The position numbers were made by a program, and so were the translations under genes. DNA of 64,000 nucleotides. Source: Mobula hypostoma (taxonomy: Eukaryota). Position 1 is the stretch's first letter; each line of letters begins with the position of its first letter. The stretch lies in the NCBI RefSeq assembly GCF_963921235.1, contig NC_086097.1, positions 27,158,001 through 27,222,000 on the forward strand, in the 5' to 3' direction. Shown in pieces: positions 13,923 to 26,696 of the stretch. The notes beneath the pieces are model-generated. The model was not told the origin of the DNA. It did no database searches and worked only from the letters and a program-made list of their open reading frames with translations.

Positions 13923-15610
13923 CAGCAGATTCCAGTTAATTGGCCCATCTGTAAATCGGAGCAGCTGCTTATTTGAGACAACGCTTAAATAACAAAAACT
14001 AATTGGGAAAATAGCCAGGATTCCTCTTTTTTTTTTGGACGCAACGCCGCTTAATTGGGACAGGAGACTATTGTTGAAAAGTTAACTGGAGTCCATCATG
14101 TGAACTTGTGTGGCCATTAGACACTACGCCGTGTTTAGATCAGGTTTTAAATACCGTCATTTATATGCGTTTGAGTTCAAAAGGAAGTGATCTTCGTCAT
14201 TGATGGTTGGGAAGAACGAAGCAGCAAGACTGTTCTGCTCACTTCACTGCAGTTTCAAGCATTCAGGCTTACAGATGCCAGAGACGGCTGGGGGTGAAAA
14301 TGAACCTATTTCACTACTTTAGCAAGTTAGGAACTACAAAGAATTTGAAGGCACTGACAATCATTTTGAATGTTACAATGAAAATGAAGATTTGGAGGAT
14401 GCAATCATCATAGGCCTTTTGGAAGGCAGTCCATTATCTGTGCTAGGTGCCTGTGCTAATTTTGTTCATTTACAGTTGATCAAAAGAACATAACAGCGTG
14501 TTGGTTGTCTGCCGTATCCAATAATGACAGTGAAATCTGTGGTGCTGGGGAGCTTTTAAAGTGGAAAAGCCACTGCACAAAGGGCAGTTCCACTCCTCAA
14601 CCTCAGAAGTCCAGGACCTGTGGTACAAATAATCATCATAAACTGCAGTATTTCTTGGTTGCCATGAATTATTCTGAGCCTTATCATAACCTTCGCCCTC
14701 CACGAAGCTTTGCAGAACTGCCTCCTTAGCCGTTGGATCTCATCCACCCAGTCTGCCAGAGCTGACTTCACATGCTACGACAGGCATCTCATTGAAGTCT
14801 ATCGAGTATTGAAAGCTGACAGAGAGTGGAAGTTTCCTATAGTGGGATTGTCTAGGACTAGAGGGAATAGCCACAGAATAGAGGAACAAGCATTTAGAAC
14901 AGAGATGAGGAAAGATTTCTTTAGCCAGAGGGCGGTGAATCTGTGGAATTCAATGTCACGGCTGTGCAGGCCAAGTCATTGAGTACATTTAAAGCAGAGG
15001 TTGATAGGTTCCTGATTAATCAGGGCATCAAAAGTTACAGGGAGAAGGCAAGAGAATAAGTCAGCTATGATAGAATGGCAGAGCAGACTCAATGGGCAAA
15101 AAAGCCTAATTCTTCTTTTACATCTTATGGCACATCCCTAATTCACTGGGGTATGAGGTCTGCTGGCTACCCTCACCTCAATTAGCCCGCCTGTTGAAGT
15201 GGTGTACGAGGGTATGGCTGCTGTCGCATGCAAACAGCTACCTGGAGCCAGAGATGAGAGCTGAATGTCTGGTGGGGACCAAAGGTGAGCGAGCTGCCCC
15301 AGAATGCACACAAGCCCCTTCACCAAAGATGTTACCCCGCCCTGGACACCTCATACATGGCAGTGTACACCAGATGAATTCCTCCATTAGTAACTATTAG
15401 GAACGGACACAGTTTTATAATACAGTACTGTAGTAGCATTGGTAGTTCTGTATGTTATTTAAACATACAACTTGTTACTCAGTTAAACAGTAGATTGTCT
15501 TTTTTATACCTTTTTAACTATTTCCATGAAACTTCAGCTAATTAGGGCAGTCGCTTAACTGGGCCAAAATGTATTGGATCTGATGTGTCCCAATTAATCT
15601 GAACCCACAG
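13923..15610. mobile_element. Tigger/pogo-like non-autonomous DNA transposon with nested insertions
   Basis: TA-flanked; degenerate TIRs sharing TTC...TTAATTGG; acidic transposase-tail-like remnant EFEGTDNHFECYNENEDLEDAII (~14341-14410). Confidence 0.6.
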
Positions 15611-15983
15611 TAAATATAAATATATATGCCAAATTTGGTCCTTGATCTTTATCTGCCCTCTCTCTGTAACTGTAATATTTAATTCTCTATTCTGTTATTG
15701 TTTTCCCTTGTACTACTTCAATGCACCGTTGTAACAAAATGATCTGTATGTATGGCACGTGAAACAAAGTTTTCACTGCACCTCAATACATGTGACATAA
15801 TAAATAAATTTACCAGTTCAGCTTAAAGGCATCATGTCATCTTTGGATAATCTATCCAGGCTGCTCTGAACAAGTCAGTATTACCAGAATAACTCTGAAA
15901 GTACTATGCTGAGATAACAAGGCCACAAAAGGGCATTAGCCTTTTCCCCTACTATTAATTTTAACCTGGAGGTGCTAATGAAG

Positions 15984-16290
15984 TGGCACGGTAGTGTGGC
16001 GGTTAACATAACACTTTACAGCACCAGCAATCAAGGTTTAATTCCTGCCGCTGCTTGTAAGGAGTTTGTGTGTTCATCCCATGACAGTCTGTGTTTCCTC
16101 TGGGTGCTCCGTTTTCCTCCCACATTCCAAAAACATAGGGGTTACGGTTAGTAAGTTGTGGGCATGCAACACTTGCTGGCTGCTCTAGTGCAATCGTCGG
16201 ACTATGTTGATTGTTGACGCAAAAGATGCTTTTCACTGTATGTTTTGATTTTTCGATGTACATGTAACAAATAAAGCTAGTCCTTAATAT
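15984..16290 (+). mobile_element. tRNA-derived V-SINE (HE1-like); relatives at ~1185-1470, 6285-6600, 16460-16660, 20585-20865, 30470-30690, 31160-31660, 43270-43555, 44735-45340, 55115-55410
   Basis: A/B-box-like head, central V-domain GTTTCCTCTGGGTGCTCCGTTTTCCTCCCACA, LINE-derived tail. Confidence 0.75.
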
Positions 16291-18049
16291 TTCTATGAAT
16301 TCTGTAATTTAAAACAATTCTGCATTTTTTTGTGAAAAAACTGTAGATCCCTCTCTCTCACTGAAGAATGAAGATGCCTGCATTCAATCAGTCTCTCCCT
16401 CCCTCTCACTCATAGCTGCCAGAGGACGGTGCCAGAGTCCTGGGTCTTGGAAAGGCTTAGTTATTTATTGAGATACAGTGCGGTATAGACCTTTCTGGCC
16501 CTTCGAACCGCACCACACAGCAATTCCCCGGTTTAATCCTAGCCTAATCACAGGACAATTTACAATGATTAATTAACCTACCAACTGGCACATCGTTGCA
16601 CTGTGGGAGGAAACTGGAGCACCCGGAGGAAAGCCACACGGCGACGGGGAGAACACACAAACCCCTATTGACGTGGTTTGTGGACCAGACTTTGTGGTTC
16701 ATGTTATGATGCGTTTCTGGTGGCTCCTTTTTTTTGTTGCTATCTTATGCAATTTTGATCAGTGCACACTGGCTCTGCAGCCTACAGTCAACAACATTGA
16801 ACTAAAATGAGCTGAAACTGAACGTTCCTCGACTGTTTTGTTGATCTTCTGGTTTGATGTTCTATACTCTTGTGTTTTTTGCTCTTTTTTTTGCCCCTTT
16901 ATGCAATTTGTTCTTCTTTTGTGCGTTGGGGGTCTGATGTTTTTCTTTGATGGTTTCTTTGTTTCGTGGCTGTCAGTGGGAAGTCAAATCTCAAGGTTGT
17001 ATGCTGCATACATACTTTGAATCTTGAATCTTTGAATCCCTTATGTCTCCTCTCATCAATTTTAAGAAACCATCAAACATTTTGACAGAGGAAGATAAGA
17101 TAGACAAGGAAAGGGGAAGTCCTGGAGTAAAGGAGAAGGGAGAATGGATTCATGAAGGCACGAAGGATGCAGAAGAATCTGGAACAACCAACAATCTGCT
17201 TGAGGAACTCAGCAGGCCATCAGCATCTATGGGGTGGTGGAATGGGAGGAATTGTCAACAGTTTGGGTCGAAAAACTGCATCAAAACCCTCAAGTTCTGC
17301 TCGGGGTGTTACCTGCACCAAGCTCAAAGTTCAAAAGTTGAAGGTAGATTTATTATCAAAGTATACTACCTACCCTATACAACCCTGAGATTCACTGCTG
17401 ACACCCACAGGAGAACAAAGAAATACAACAGAATTCATTAAAAAAAAGACCAATAAACATCCCATGTCCAAAATGATGCAAGTAATTAAAAGGAGCAAGT
17501 AATACAGTGAATATCAGCTGCAGAATCAGTTCAACGTTGAGGTGAGCGAAGCCGAACCAGGAACCCAAAAGCTGCAGGGCAACAACTGCTGCAAAACATG
17601 GTCGCGTGGGATTCAACTCATAGTAGCGAGAAGAGAGGGAGATGGGTCAAACGCAGGCAGACAGGATGGGTTTGGATGAGGGATCTAGGCTGGCACAGAG
17701 TAGTGGGGTTTTCCCCACGGTGACCCCGCAGAGGTCAAAGTGCACAGTCTCACCTCATCTGTAGGCTCTTAGCCTGACCTCTCTGTGGCTCCTTGCCAGC
17801 ACTGATCCACCCGTCCCAGACTGAGCAATGGTGGATAGGATTCACCTATTATCAGTGAGAATCCCAAATGTCTAGGGATCTTGCTGAAATATCGGAGCAC
17901 TGCTCAGGAGTGTGACTTGAGTTCCCACTGTGCCTAGGCTTTGTCAGATGGTCTTCATGGCCATTATTGCTGGCAAACATTTAGGGAGACCCTCCTAAGG
18001 TTCACAGTCATTTAGCTTAATCTCATCGAGATCCGTAGGTCCCAAATAG

Positions 18050-18700
18050 AACATTGAACACTACAGCACAGTACAGGCCCTTCGGCCCACAATATTGTAC
18101 TGACCTGTTAACCTATTGCAAAAGCAATCTAATCTTTCCCTCCCAAATAACCCTCCATTTTTCTATCTTCCATCCACTTATCAAAGAGTTTCATAAACAC
18201 CCCTAATGTATGTGCCTCTACCACCACCCCTGATAGCACATTCCATGCACTCACCGCTCCCTGTGTAAAGAACTTACCTCTGGAGGATATATACTGGGAT
18301 GCCAACCATGTTAACATTATGCCTCCTTACATTAGCCATTTTTACTCTGGGAAAAAGTCTCTGGTTATGCACTTGATCTATGCCCTTTATCATCTTATAC
18401 ACCTCCATCAGTCACCCCTCATCCTCCTACACTCCAAAGAGGAAAGCCCTAGCTCACTCAACCTCTCCTCTTAAAACATGCACACTAATCCAGGCAGCAA
18501 CCTGGTGAATCTCCCGTGCACCTTCTCTAAAGCTTCCACATCCTTCCTACAATGAGGCGGCCAGAACTGACCACAATATTCCAAACGTGGTCCAAACAGG
18601 GTTTTACAGAGCTGCTTCATTAGCCTGCGGCTCTTGAACTCAATTCCCGGAATAGTGACACACTTCTTAACCACCCATATCAATTTGAGTGACCCCAAGA
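18050..18700 (-). mobile_element. CR1 3' fragment
   Basis: GIEFKSR..LEYCGQFWPPH.RKDVEALEKV ORF remnant and CR1 3' UTR. Confidence 0.8.
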
Positions 18701-20429
18701 TCCCAATGATTCCAACACATTGATAGCAGAAACTTGTTCAACTTCTGCTCTTGCTTTTAAAAGTGCTGAGGAATCAGTCCCGACTGCAATAGACTCAGAT
18801 GTAGCAATTTGCTGTTGCAGGCACTCAATTATTTGAAATAGCCTTAGCCTATTTTCAAGTCCAGTTCTCTGATAGACTAAGCAGGCTGGTAAACATTGTG
18901 CCAGGGTAATCCCTGTACTGCGGTACTGCAGGGCTTACCACTTGGTATAGACTTTTAAGTTACATTCAAGTCAAAGTAGAGTTGATTGTCATCTGCACAA
19001 GTACACGTATGCTCAGATGCAATGAAAAACTTACTTGGAACAGCATCACAGGCCCAAAGCATTGTATAAAGAGCATTCACAAAGAAAACACAAATTAAAG
19101 ATAAATTATACACAATTTTTACAAGAAAGCTTTTAAAATATGAAGCCTATTTTAGTAGAAAGTTATCAAAGTGCTCATCGTGTTTCCAAACTGTAGTGAT
19201 TACGGTTGTGTTGATTGGTTCAAGAACCGAATTGTTGAATGGGAGTAGCTGTTCCTGAAGCCGGTGGTGTGGGACTTCGAGCTTCTGGATCACCTGCCCA
19301 ATGGTATCTTTGAGAAGTTGGCATGGCCCAGATGGTGGGGATCTTTGATGATGGATATTCTGGTTTTGAGGCAGTGCCTCCTGTAGATACTACCGATGGT
19401 GGAGAGGGACGTGTCCACCATGTATTGGGCTGAGTCCTCTACGCTTCCCAGCTTCTGAGAAAGTTCACAAACATGATCCCAGGAATGAAAGGGTTAATGC
19501 AAGAGGAGCATTTGATGGCTCTGGGCTTGTACTTGCTGGAATTTAGAAGAATGAGCCAGGATCTTATTGAAACCTATCAAATATTGAAAGGCTAAGATAG
19601 AAAGGCCAAGGAGAGGATCTTTCCTATAGTGAGGGGGAGTCCAGGATCAGAGGACACAGCCTTAGTGTACAGTTATGTCCCTTTAGAACAGAGCTGCAGA
19701 GCAGTTTCTTTTACCAGTGAGTGGTGAATCTGTGGACCCAAGATGATGGGTATATTTAAAGCAGAAGATGAGAGGTTCTTGATTAGTAAGGGTGTCAAAG
19801 GTTATGAGGAGAATGAGGTTGAGGGAGATGATAAATCAGTCGTGATAGAATTGGGGAGAAGATTTGATGGGCTGAATGGTCTAATTCTGTTCCTATGGTC
19901 TTATGTTCCTGTGCATTCGAATTGGCATACCAGACCATGGTGCAACCAGTCAGGACACTGCAGAAGTTTGATAGAGTGTTTGGTAACAAATCGAACCTCT
20001 GCAAGCTCCTAAGAAAGTGACCAAGCTGGTACACTATCCTTTTAACCGCATCCACATGCTGGGCCCAAGTCATTTCATCCAATATATCACGTCAGTATTG
20101 TGTGACATAACACCACTTGGTGGTGGTTCCCCTGGCAAATATTATGCATAGGCCTCGCAATAAGTGTTACCTAACCACTAGATTCCTCCAACATTTTGTG
20201 GACCGCCCATTTCCTTCCAGAGATGCTGCCTCCAGCGTCTTGTGTGTCGCACTAGATTACAGCACCTGCAGTTCCATGAGTCTCCCTAAACGTCAGAGTA
20301 TTTGTCTATGACAATTAAGTGGCATAACTTTTACTTCAAAATCTACTGAAATGTTTCAATATGTTAAGTTACTCAATGTCAAATTTTATTTTTAAGCCTT
20401 CCTATTGAGTCCCTTGGGATGGTTTCCTG

Positions 20430-20509
20430 CAGGGGGGGTTCCCAATCTGGAGTCCACAGCCCCCTCAGTTAATGGTAGGGGTCCATGTCCATGGCATACT
20501 GCAACCCTG
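20430..20509. mobile_element. hAT/Charlie-type MITE
   Basis: CAGGGG..TTCCCAA left end and CAACCCTG right end; 8-bp TSD gtttcctg/gtttactg. Confidence 0.7.
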
Positions 20510-21305
20510 GTTTACTGCAACAACATCACTATATAAACAGGCTGCTTTCATTATGAAACAACTACCACATTAAACCTCTCCATTCGCACCACAGTAGCAT
20601 AGAGATTAGCCCAAGAGATTCACAGCTCGGGAATTTGGAGCTTGGAGTTCAACTCCAATGTTGTCTGTAAAACATCTGTACATCCTTCGTATGAGTGTGT
20701 GGGTTTCCTCTGCTCCAGTTTCTTCCCACAGTCGAAAGCAGGTTAATTGCTCATTGTAAATAGTCCTGTAATTAAGCTAGTGGATAATTGGTGGGTTACT
20801 GGGCAATGCAGCTCATAAGAACAGAAGGGGCCGTTCCACACTGTATCTCTAAATAAAAATAAATACATTCAGACTAAAGACCAGGTAACTCTTCAAAGAG
20901 AGTAAATGAAGAAAATCTGTCAAAGATAAAAGAGTCAGTATCCACAGTGTTAAGCTGGCTAGTGAAGACAATTTGTGGCTTGGATCTCAAAACTCATTCA
21001 TTTTACAAAAGAACAAACAAAATGTTGCAGGAACCCAGCTGGTCAGGCAGCACCCATGGAGAGATATGAACAGTCGATGTTTTGGGCAGAGTCCTGATGA
21101 AGAGCCTCAAGCCAAAACATCAGCTGCTCATTCCTCTCCGTAAATGCTTCCTGACCTGCTGAGTTCCTCCAACATTTTCTGTTTGTTCCTCTGGATTTCC
21201 ACCTTCTGCAAAATCTCTTGGGTTTGGGTTTATTTTACAGACTATGGTCATCAACAGCAAGATTGGCATTTTATTACCCATTGATTTCTAGGATGTAGTG
21301 GGTAT

Positions 21306-22700
21306 ATGATTGTGGACTTCAGGCAGGGCAAGACAAGGGAACACGAACCAATCCTCATGGAGGGACCAGAAGTGGAGAGAGTGAGCAATTTCCTGGGTGT
21401 CAATATATCTGATGATATAACCTGGTCCCAACGTATCAATGCAGTTATAAAGAAGATATGCCAGTGGCTATTTTTCATTAGGAGTTTGAGGAGATTTGGT
21501 TCGTCACCTAAAACACCTGAAAATGTCTACAGATGTACCGTGGAGAGCATTCTGACAGGCTGCATCAGTCTGGTATGAAGGGGCTACTGCACAGAATCAA
21601 AAGAAGCTATTAATCACCCCCCATCACCCAGGGCATGCCCTCTTCTCATTGTTACTATCAGGAAGGAGGTACGGAAGCCTGACAACACACACTCTGCGAT
21701 TCAGGAACAGCTTTTTCCCCTCTGCCATCCAATTCCTAAATGGACATTGACCCCATGAACATTACCTCACTTTTTTTGTATATATATAAAATTTCTGTTT
21801 TGCTCTATTTTAAATTTAAATATTTAATATACATATTTTTCTTTCTATATTATCATGCATTGCATTGTACTGCTGCCGCTAACAAATTTCACAATGTATG
21901 CTGGTGATATTAGACCTGATTCTGATTCTGCTGGAAATCTCATGCAACACACAGAAACTGCTGGAGGGACTCAACAAGTTAGACGGCATCCTTTCCAGTC
22001 CTGACGAAGGGTCTTGGCCCAGAATATCAACTGTTTATTCCCCTCCATAGACGTCACCAGTTTTGCTGAGTTCCTCCAGCATCTCCTGTGCCATTCACAA
22101 CTTTTTCCCTTCCGCAAATACCACTGAGATCCTCCAGAGGAATGCTGCTGCGGAAAGGCACACTCCTTCACCTCAGACGGATGAAGAAGTTTGGTATGGG
22201 CCCCCAAATCCTAAGAACGTTCTACAGGGGCATAATTGAGAGCATCCTGACTGACTGCATCACTACCTGGTCTGGGAACTGTACCTCCATCAATCGCAGG
22301 ACTCTGCAGAGAGTGGTGCCGACAGACCAGCGCGTCTGTAGATGTGAACTTCCCACTATTCAGAACATTTACAAAGACAGGTGTGTAAAAAGGGCCCGAA
22401 GGATCACTGGGGACCTGAGTTACCCCAACCACAAACTGTTCCAGCTGCTGCCATCTGGGAAATGGTATCGCAGCATAAAAGCCAGGACCAACAGGCTCCG
22501 GGACAGCTTCTTCCACCAGGCCATCAGACTGATTAATTCATGCTGACACAACTGTATTTTTATGTTATATTGAGTATCCTGTTGTACATAATATCTATTA
22601 TAAATGACTATAAATTGCACATTGCACATTTAGACAGAGACATAACATAAAAATTTTTACTCCTCATGTATATGAAGGATGTAAGTAATAAAGTCAATTC
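21306..22700 (+). mobile_element. Two Rex1/Babar-like 3' fragments separated by a Penelope-like repeat
   Basis: ORFs 21306-21578 and 22088-22546 (FYRGIIESILTDCITTW...LFQLLPSGK...DSFFHQAIRLIN). Confidence 0.8.
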
Positions 22701-22825
22701 AATTCCATTCTGCAGACCCGAGAGACTGCTGATGCTGAAATCAGCAGCAAAGCACAAAATGCTGGGGGATTCCAGATGGACAGGCAGCACCAGTGGACAG
22801 TTGACATTTTGGGTTGAGACCAGGT

Positions 22826-23687
22826 GTCAGGTCTCTCAGTGGGAGAGCATTTTGGAGATAGTGATCACAGTTCTATCTCCTTTACCATAGCATTGGAGAG
22901 GGATAGGAACAGACAAGTTAGGAAAGCATTTAATTGGAGTAAGGGGAAATATGAAACTGTCAGGCAGGAACTTGGAAGCATAAATTGGGAACAGATATTC
23001 TCAGGGAAATGTGGCAAATGTTCAGGGGATATTTGCATGGAGTTCTGCATAGGTACGTTCCAATGAGACGGGCAAAGGATGGTAGGGTACAGAAACCGTG
23101 ATGTACAAAGGCTGTTGAAAATCTAGTCAAGAAGAAAATCTTATGAAAGGTTCAAAAAACTAGGTAATGATAGAGATCTAGAAAATTATAAGGCCAACAG
23201 GAAGAAGCTCAAGAATGAAATTAGGAGAGCCAGGAGGATCCATGAGGTGGCCTTGGCGGACAGGATTAAGGAAAACCCCGAGGCATTCTACAACTATGTG
23301 AAGAGCAAGAGGATAAGACGTGAGAAAATAGGACCAATCAAATGTGACAGTGGAAAAGTGTGTATGGAACCGGAGGAGGTAGCGGACGTACTTAATGAAT
23401 ACTTTGCTTCAGTATTCACTACGGAAAAGGACCCTGACGATTGTAGGGATGACTTACAGTGCACTGAAAAGCTTGAGCATATAGATATTAAGAAAGGGGA
23501 TCTGCTGGAGCCTTTGGAAAGTATCAAGTTGGATAAGTCACTGGGACCGGACGAGATATACACCAGGCTACAGTGGGAAGCAAGGGAGGAGATTGCTGAG
23601 TCTCTGGCAATGACCGTTGCATCATCAATGGGGACGGGAGAGGTTCCAGAAGATTGGAGGGTTGCAGATATTGTTCCCTTATTTAAG
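22826..23687 (+). mobile_element. CR1 LINE ORF2 fragment (endonuclease end to RT start)
   Basis: GEHFGDSDHSSISF; IKENPEAFYNYVKSKR; GEVPEDWRVADIVPLFK, cut by the Gypsy LTR. Confidence 0.88.
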
Positions 23688-24329
23688 TATAAGGGGTTCT
23701 TCTTTCATGTTACTTGCTAAGGCTAATAAAACAGCTTCTCTGCAATGTTATAATAAAATGGCTTCTCTGTAATGTTAACTGCTGATGTAAGGGGTTCTCC
23801 GTAGCAGCATGTTTGGGTTATAATTAGTGATAACGGGACTTGTATTCATTTGCTAACCAATTGGGATAGACATTATTCTTTCTGTCTGTGTGAAAGCTGT
23901 TGTTTGCGTAGGATTTGGTCAGAACGCATCATGGGGATTAAGAGAGAAGACGCACACGAAGAGATGCTGTGAGCTGGCTGACGGAGCGGATCCCAAGCGG
24001 GGGCTCGGGACCCGCCAAGTTCGGAGGAAATCGAATGGTGGACCGAGGATACTGCGTGAGCTCCGAGTTATCTGTGCACAAACTGTTTAATTATTATTCT
24101 TGGCGCCATTTTATTTTATATTTTGGTTCTCTACTAATCCCATAGTTCAAGTAAGAGTTATAAAATCTTAATTATTTAACCGCACCGTGTGCAGCTTATC
24201 ATTACGGGGTACTGGTTTGAAACAGGGGACACATCACACAGCATTCATCCAAACGCGAGTTCTAAGGTTTGGCCGAGCAGGGGGTTATCACCCCGAGATC
24301 ATGCCACTAGGCAAAGCAAGTGTTACATT

Positions 24330-24347
24330 TGGGGGCTCGTCCGGGAT
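24330..24347 (+). other. Primer-binding site complementary to tRNA-Pro 3' end
   Basis: TGGGGGCTCGTCCGGGAT (18 nt), 2 nt after the LTR-terminal CA; identical to the canonical tRNA-Pro PBS. Confidence 0.9.
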
Positions 24348-25232
24348 TTGATTCTGTGGAAGGCTGTGTGATCGCCCTGTTTAAATCAGTGCTACTGTGT
24401 CTCTGTGGGATTACGGTTAAGAATGGGTTCAGTGGGGTGGATATTCGTACCCAGGAGGAATTGTTCATTCGATTTCGGAGTTTGGGTAAAGCTGAGGGCG
24501 AAGTTGAAAGCGTGGCGCCAAGGTCTGATAAAATGGCGGTCTTTGTTCTAGGTCAGACTAGCACTGACGTCATGGTGGTGAGACTGCCAGTGTCTACTGG
24601 TGAGGCGGGGCCATGGGCTGTCCATACTGTCAGGAGTGAGGGGAAAGAGTGGTCAGAATGTTCTAGCTGTGGCAGGCTCCACCCGGTTTTTGGAATAATG
24701 TCCACCCCTAAAGGGGCGGAGGCGTGGGCAGAGCGGACCTCTCAGTTGTTAGGTGAGTGGCAGTGCTCAGCTGAGGGACAGCGACAGGGATTGGTTGGAA
24801 GTTTGGATAGGCAGGCTGCTGACGTTGTTAGAACTGTCAGGTTCAATGACCCCATAGTGACAGCTGCTCTTTATCGGCAAGTGCGGGAAAAGGCGTTTGG
24901 TTTGACTGGGGGCAAACTGCAGCTCAGGGTGGAGTTTCCAAACGTGAGTTGGGAGAATGGGGAAAAGCTTTCAGAGGTTTTTTTTTTGGCTAGAGAAACA
25001 GCTAAATTGGTTGCAGTGCGGTGGGGGGGGGGTCATTCAGCTGATCAGAGAGGTGTCAGGAAACTTCGAGGAGATTCAGTGGGAGAACTGCCTGGTGTCT
25101 CTTGGGGGAACACGTTCCCAGCAATGTACCAAGGAACTCCCGAGAGGAAAAGACCCTTTTTCTGAAGGCTTAGTGGGACTGCACTCCAGTGGGTCGTTAA
25201 GGAGGGATGGAAGCCATGCTGAAGCCACACTC

Positions 25233-25694
25233 AACATCTGCCAGACAATGCTGAGGATGTTCTACCAGTCTGTGGTGGTGCTATCATGTTTGCTGAGGGT
25301 AGCAGACACCAACAGAATCAACAAACTCATTCCTAAGGCCAGTGATGTTGTGGGGATGGAACTGGACTCTCTGAAAAGAGGATGCTGTCCAATGTCTCCC
25401 ATCCACTACATAATGTACAGGTTGGGCACAGGAGTACATTCAGCCAGAGACTCATCCCACCGAGATGCAACACAGAGCGTCATAGGAAGTCATTCCTGCC
25501 TGTGGCCATCAAACTTTACAACTCCTGCCTAGGAGGGTCAGACACCCTGAGCCAATAGGCTGGTGCTGGACTTATTTCCTGGCATAATTTACATATTACT
25601 ATTTAACTATTTATGGTTTTATTACTATTTAATTATTTATGGTGCAACTGTAACTGAAAACCAATTTCCCCCGGGATCGATAAAGTGTGACTAT
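25233..25694 (+). mobile_element. Rex/Babar-like 3' fragment inserted into the Gypsy protease
   Basis: Interrupts EATL|DTESQV. A closely similar copy lies in reverse orientation at 53350-53955. Confidence 0.8.
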
Positions 25695-26696
25695 GACACC
25701 GAGTCGCAGGTCGAGTTGCTGTACAGTTCGTTTTACAACCGGTTTCTGAAGCATTTACCCTTGATAACCTTCAGGGCACTGGAGATCTGGGGTACCAGTG
25801 CTGATGATTATTCAGACGACGGTTATTGGTCAGTGAAACTGGAGTTCTCGGAGGCCAATGTGTGGGTGTCTGAGGGTCATGAATATTTAGTGCTGATGTG
25901 CCCGGACACTGTTGAGACGGGCAGCGTTTCGATTCTGGAGGGGACCAACTCCCCACTGGTGAGGAGGCGCATGGGGGCCTGCCAGGAGGAGGCGGGTGAG
26001 AGCTGTTTGGAGGCATTATCTGTGCACCCAGTGTTTCGAGCTGCTTGTGAGGACGTGTGTAGCAGCATTGGGCCGGTATCCCAATTTAAACGCGAGCCGA
26101 TGGTGATATGGCCCGGGGGGTAGTATCTGAGGGTGAGATCCTCTTAGTGGATGCTCTGATGTACCACGGGGGGGGGGGGGAGTTGACTGCTGTAGACACC
26201 TCGGTGAGAGAGAGGTCACGGCGACTGGCCCCTGCAGATGTGAAGGACGCAGGCAGCGTGTGTGTGGATTATAGGACTCTGAACAGACGCACTGTCCCTG
26301 ACCAGTATGTGGTCCCAAAGGTCGAAGACACACTGGTCTGTCTGAGTGGTGCGAAGTGGTTTAAAGTGCTGGATCTGAGGAGTGGATGTTGCCACATCCC
26401 GATGAGTGAGGCCGACCAGGAGAAGACGGCCGTTATAGGACCTCGGGATTCTTCCAGTCTGAAAAGATGCCCCAGGGCATATCCGGAGCCCTTGCAACTT
26501 TCCAGCGGGGGATATGGACTTGTGTGGAGTTTTGGTGTATTTGGATGATCTCCTAGCATTGGGATTCACCTTGGAAGACTATGAAGCAAGGCGAGTGAGG
26601 GATCCCAGGCGGCTAGGGGGTTAATGAAGTAAAACTTTCTTTGGACGAGTGCAAGGTCTGGAGAAGGACACAGCTCGTGAGTGTTCTGTGTTCATT

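Larger units (their letters stand above)
23688..26680 (+). mobile_element. Decayed Ty3/Gypsy LTR retrotransposon (5' LTR, PBS, PNMA-like gag, protease, RT); 3' half missing
   Basis: LTR ~23688-24327 ends in TGTTACA and is followed by a PBS. gag-like text TPKGAEAWAERTSQLLGEWQCS...EKAFG; protease L|DTESQV; RT motifs [14 protein letters not shown] and YLDD (~26538-26549). Confidence 0.88.

Noticed and set aside
24320..25165. Domesticated PNMA-like host gene
   Set aside because: Still embedded with LTR, PBS and decayed pol; appears internally deleted and frameshifted near its end; no sign of splicing or an independent promoter.
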